DNA from: a phage
Reading direction: 5' to 3' (one strand)
Length of the DNA: 64,000 bases
NCBI GenBank assembly: GCA_012747475.1
Contig: GCA_012747475.1_3928.1
Positions 61,377-64,000 of this stretch are shown in pieces. A program made the position numbers and the translations under genes. The notes under the pieces were generated by a model, which had not been told where the DNA came from, did no database searches, and was given only the letters and a program-made list of their open reading frames with translations. Each line of letters opens with the position of its first letter. Position 1 is the stretch's first letter.

Positions 61377-61533
61377 TACATGCGTAAAGCTCTAAGTCAT
61401 TTTTATCTGGTTTATGGAAACAGTTTGCTCCACAGTAGCAACGAAACGGCTTTCCACCAACTGTCAGGATGAAGGATTGAACCTTTCCATCAGGGGTCCG
61501 TACAGCATTTTTATGCTTATCTTCTTTGTTCAT
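61342..61533 (-). CDS. small Cys4 zinc-ribbon protein (paralog 1)
   Basis: FRCYCGANCFHKPD...YACNACN. Confidence 0.45.
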   Translation of the reverse strand: MNKEDKHKNAVRTPDGKVQSFILTVGGKPFRCYCGANCFHKPDKNDLELYACNACNTWYHSEE

Positions 61534-61612
61534 TTATCTCTTACCTCACAAGCTATGCAGCCTTTTGAGTAGAAGGAGTGCCAAGCATGTCCACCAAAGT
61601 CTTCTTTGGTAA

Positions 61613-61861
61613 TTAAATTGAATTTATAGCTTCCATGTGTTTTTCGTAGAAATCTAAACATTTTTCATCTTGCTCCTTTATGTAACTATCATAAAATTCA
61701 GGTGATTCTGGTCTTTCACCAAAGGAAATAACCTTTAGGTAGTACTTCTCATATGTGGAGCTGTCTAACCAAGAATCAAATAGTAATTTCTTAGTATTAG
61801 TCTTTGGAGGGATTACCAAGCTTTTCTCATACAATTCCTTCATCTCTTGAGTTATCTTCAT
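61613..61861 (-). CDS. hypothetical protein
   Basis: ORF track. Confidence 0.45.
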   Translation of the reverse strand: MKITQEMKELYEKSLVIPPKTNTKKLLFDSWLDSSTYEKYYLKVISFGERPESPEFYDSYIKEQDEKCLDFYEKHMEAINSI

Positions 61862-62061
61862 TGCATACCCTTAATCTTACCTAAGAACCTTACACCACAA
61901 TTATTACACTCGTATATGTCTAAATTTGTGTTATCAGGTTTATGAAAACAGTTTGACCCACAACGACACCGGAATAGCTTACCATCAACACGAAGAATGA
62001 ATGTTTCAAGCTCACCATCTTCTGTAAGAACTGCGTTCTTAAATTTATTACCTTTACCCAT
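61858..62061 (-). CDS. small Cys4 zinc-ribbon protein (paralog 2)
   Basis: FRCRCGSNCFHKPD...YECNNCG; aligns with 61342..61533. Confidence 0.45.
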   Translation of the reverse strand: MGKGNKFKNAVLTEDGELETFILRVDGKLFRCRCGSNCFHKPDNTNLDIYECNNCGVRFLGKIKGMQ

Positions 62062-62217
62062 TTGTACTCTCGCCTGTGTCAGATTTCATATAAGACCTAT
62101 CACTACGTCTTTTAATGAAATGTACAACGCATTTCGGTGTATCTTTTGCATCTTTGATGTGCAACCTTTCGAAACTACGCACTGTGAAGGTTGCATCTGT
62201 CATTGTTTGTTTAGATT

Positions 62218-62424
62218 TCATTTTCTCTTACCACTAATCTCTACGTCAATAACTTGAACATCACCAGCAACATCAAACTTATGAATGATACTTTCCACAG
62301 TGTAAGTCCAACCCTCGATGCGAACTAACTCACCTTCTCGTGGGACTATTGGATTGCGTTGAGCTACAGTTGTAGTGGAGTGAACAACATCATAACGATA
62401 GATATAGTTTACTAATACTTCCAT
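62218..62424 (-). CDS. small hypothetical protein
   Basis: internal ATG 62424 with GAGGT SD removes overlap with upstream lipoprotein gene; track start 62523. Confidence 0.4.
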   Translation of the reverse strand: MEVLVNYIYRYDVVHSTTTVAQRNPIVPREGELVRIEGWTYTVESIIHKFDVAGDVQVIDVEISGKRK

Positions 62425-62434
62425 CGTAAAAACC

Positions 62435-62692
62435 TCACTCAATAACCGTGGTATGTGATTGACCATTTTTGCCATAGCTATAAGATGTTGTTGTTTGAGA
62501 GTTTGGGCATCTGACAACAACAATATCTCTGCTTATAGCATCACCATTGAGTTTGTAGATTTTGCAGTCTTGCATCTCTGGAGGGAGGCTGTAAGAAGCA
62601 TCTTTGTTTTCATAAGATGGGTTGCAGCCAGCCAGAAAAATTACTCCAAGTGCAACCATTGCTTTCACACAACTCTTAACCTTATTGTTCAC
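62435..62692 (-). CDS. lipoprotein
   Basis: signal peptide with lipobox FLAGC. Confidence 0.5.
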   Translation of the reverse strand: MNNKVKSCVKAMVALGVIFLAGCNPSYENKDASYSLPPEMQDCKIYKLNGDAISRDIVVVRCPNSQTTTSYSYGKNGQSHTTVIE

Positions 62693-62824
62693 GATAGTCT
62701 ACCTCTCTGTATGTTTTTAAATAGTGAGTGATGAGTTCTGGTAATTCACTACGTTTAACGTTTGAACGAAGAAGTGTCCAGTCAAAACCTTTACCAACCC
62801 TTCCCCAGAGACTGTACATCTTCT

Positions 62825-63058
62825 TCATAGCAACTCCAGAATATCAATACGTTCACCTTTGAGTACTCCAGTACGGTCTCTTGCAATCTTACCGTCAACA
62901 ATAAGGATGTGTGCAGACCTTAAAGATTCACTATTAAAACCTTTTACGAACTTACTAGGCATCACTACAATAAGCATCTCCTGAATTAACTCTGGAGTAT
63001 AGCAATTGTCGTGAAGTTGCTGAATAACGTCTGCAAGTGTCATTTTTGATGTCTCCAA
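62825..63058 (-). CDS. small hypothetical protein
   Basis: ORF track. Confidence 0.4.
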   Translation of the reverse strand: METSKMTLADVIQQLHDNCYTPELIQEMLIVVMPSKFVKGFNSESLRSAHILIVDGKIARDRTGVLKGERIDILELL

Positions 63059-63249
63059 TATTCAATATCAATAAGTTCTTGTGCAATGCTTTTCAGATTA
63101 CCTTTCAAGAAAACCTTCTCAGAACCTGACAGAGAAGAATTGTCAATTAGCCTGTTCATTCTCTCAAACAACTTCTGCTTACGGCTCTTGATAGTTTCCT
63201 TCGAAGCACCTTTCATCATCGCTGCATGGGTTCTTCCACGGTGGCTCAT
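63040..63249 (-). CDS. small hypothetical basic protein
   Basis: ORF track. Confidence 0.4.
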   Translation of the reverse strand: MSHRGRTHAAMMKGASKETIKSRKQKLFERMNRLIDNSSLSGSEKVFLKGNLKSIAQELIDIEYWRHQK

Positions 63250-63310
63250 AAGTCCTCCTATACAAGATACAGTATAAGGTACTCTTCCATGAGCACCTTG
63301 TCAATACTAA

Positions 63311-63973
63311 TTAGTGAACCTCAAGCCAGCTTTTACCAACCTTACCAGTACCTGTAACAAGTGTTTCTTTCTTAAGCCCTAAGTTTTTAGAAGCTTGTCC
63401 ATAATACCAATCCGTAACTGCTTTCACTTCTGCCGTCATACTTTCTGGACATTCCCAACTTGTCTCGTCGTGATAGGAGCACAATAAACGAGCACCTATG
63501 GCTGGTTTACGACCGTTCAACTTCATCAAACCTTCGTCAATCATACGACGGCAAGCAAGGTTAATTGCCTCGTTCTGAATCTGACTTTCCGAACCCATGA
63601 GCAAATAATTCAATAACTTATGTGGAGATTTACACCACAACCAAGCTCCAGCAACCTTTACAAAACCCCCTTTAGAAATTGCAGCAGTCTTACCAAACAC
63701 CTCTTCAAGTGCCTTTTTAGTTGCTTTGTAGTCAGCTTCCAAGTCATCTAGCAGCTTCTTAATTTTAGGCAAACGGATAAAGTAAGTCTGTTTAGTCAGC
63801 GCACCTTCCTGAGTAGTTGCAGCCTTAATCGTCTTAGCAAACTTCTCATCACCTGCACCGAACAGCAGTGCATAGATACCATTCTTAGCTTTCTTACGAC
63901 CTTTGCTAATCTCATGAAGAAGATTCTCATCCTGAGTAGCTCGACAAGTCAAGATATCCTGCTCATCATTCAA
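63311..63973 (-). CDS. hypothetical protein (N-terminus may extend beyond window)
   Basis: ORF track; within 27 nt of window edge. Confidence 0.4.
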   Translation of the reverse strand: MNDEQDILTCRATQDENLLHEISKGRKKAKNGIYALLFGAGDEKFAKTIKAATTQEGALTKQTYFIRLPKIKKLLDDLEADYKATKKALEEVFGKTAAISKGGFVKVAGAWLWCKSPHKLLNYLLMGSESQIQNEAINLACRRMIDEGLMKLNGRKPAIGARLLCSYHDETSWECPESMTAEVKAVTDWYYGQASKNLGLKKETLVTGTGKVGKSWLEVH

Positions 63974-64000
63974 GCTAAAGTAAATACTGTTCAGTGTATG

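Noticed and set aside
57362-63277. Plus-strand ORFs inside the right-hand leftward block (57362-57778, 57924-58190, 59003-59301, 59482-59664, 60503-60784, 60999-61292, 61997-62257, 62459-62731, 63086-63277)
   Set aside because: Antisense to thyA, folA, ligase and neighbouring minus-strand genes.
63311-63973. Exonuclease or DNA polymerase fragment at the window edge
   Set aside because: No clear Exo I/II/III or polymerase motifs could be aligned by eye; left as hypothetical.

Overview
This window is a 64-kb stretch of a virulent tailed-phage genome, AT-rich and densely packed with genes. Nothing was computed or searched; every call rests on reading the sequence and the ORF track by eye. Left to right: an rIIA/rIIB-like pair and small accessory genes (secreted lytic transglycosylase-like, HAD-like phosphatase, an overlapped spanin-like pair, a macro-domain-like protein); a ~6-kb array of 15 small genes, most preceded by one of two conserved promoter/stem-loop cassettes; a 1.6-kb ORF-free repeat-dense region; an 8.5-kb leftward block of hypothetical genes ending in a GH24 endolysin and an Ig-repeat protein; a vWA-domain protein; a ~5.5-kb cluster of about 27 tRNA genes interrupted by an HNH endonuclease gene and a membrane-protein gene; a rightward morphogenesis module (large terminase, portal, protease/scaffold, decoration, major capsid, sheath, tube, frameshifted chaperone, tape measure, Mu/P2-like baseplate, two His-repeat tail fibres); and a leftward block with thymidylate synthase, DHFR and an ATP-dependent DNA ligase. 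The most unusual items are in the tRNA cluster: an apparently circularly permuted tRNA-like sequence nested inside one of four copies of a structured spacer element. The gene content is most consistent with a Felix O1-like (Ounavirinae-type) myovirus, but that is inference only. No integrase, CRISPR array, rRNA or transposase was seen. tRNA isotypes and coordinates are hand-parsed and may be off by a few bases.
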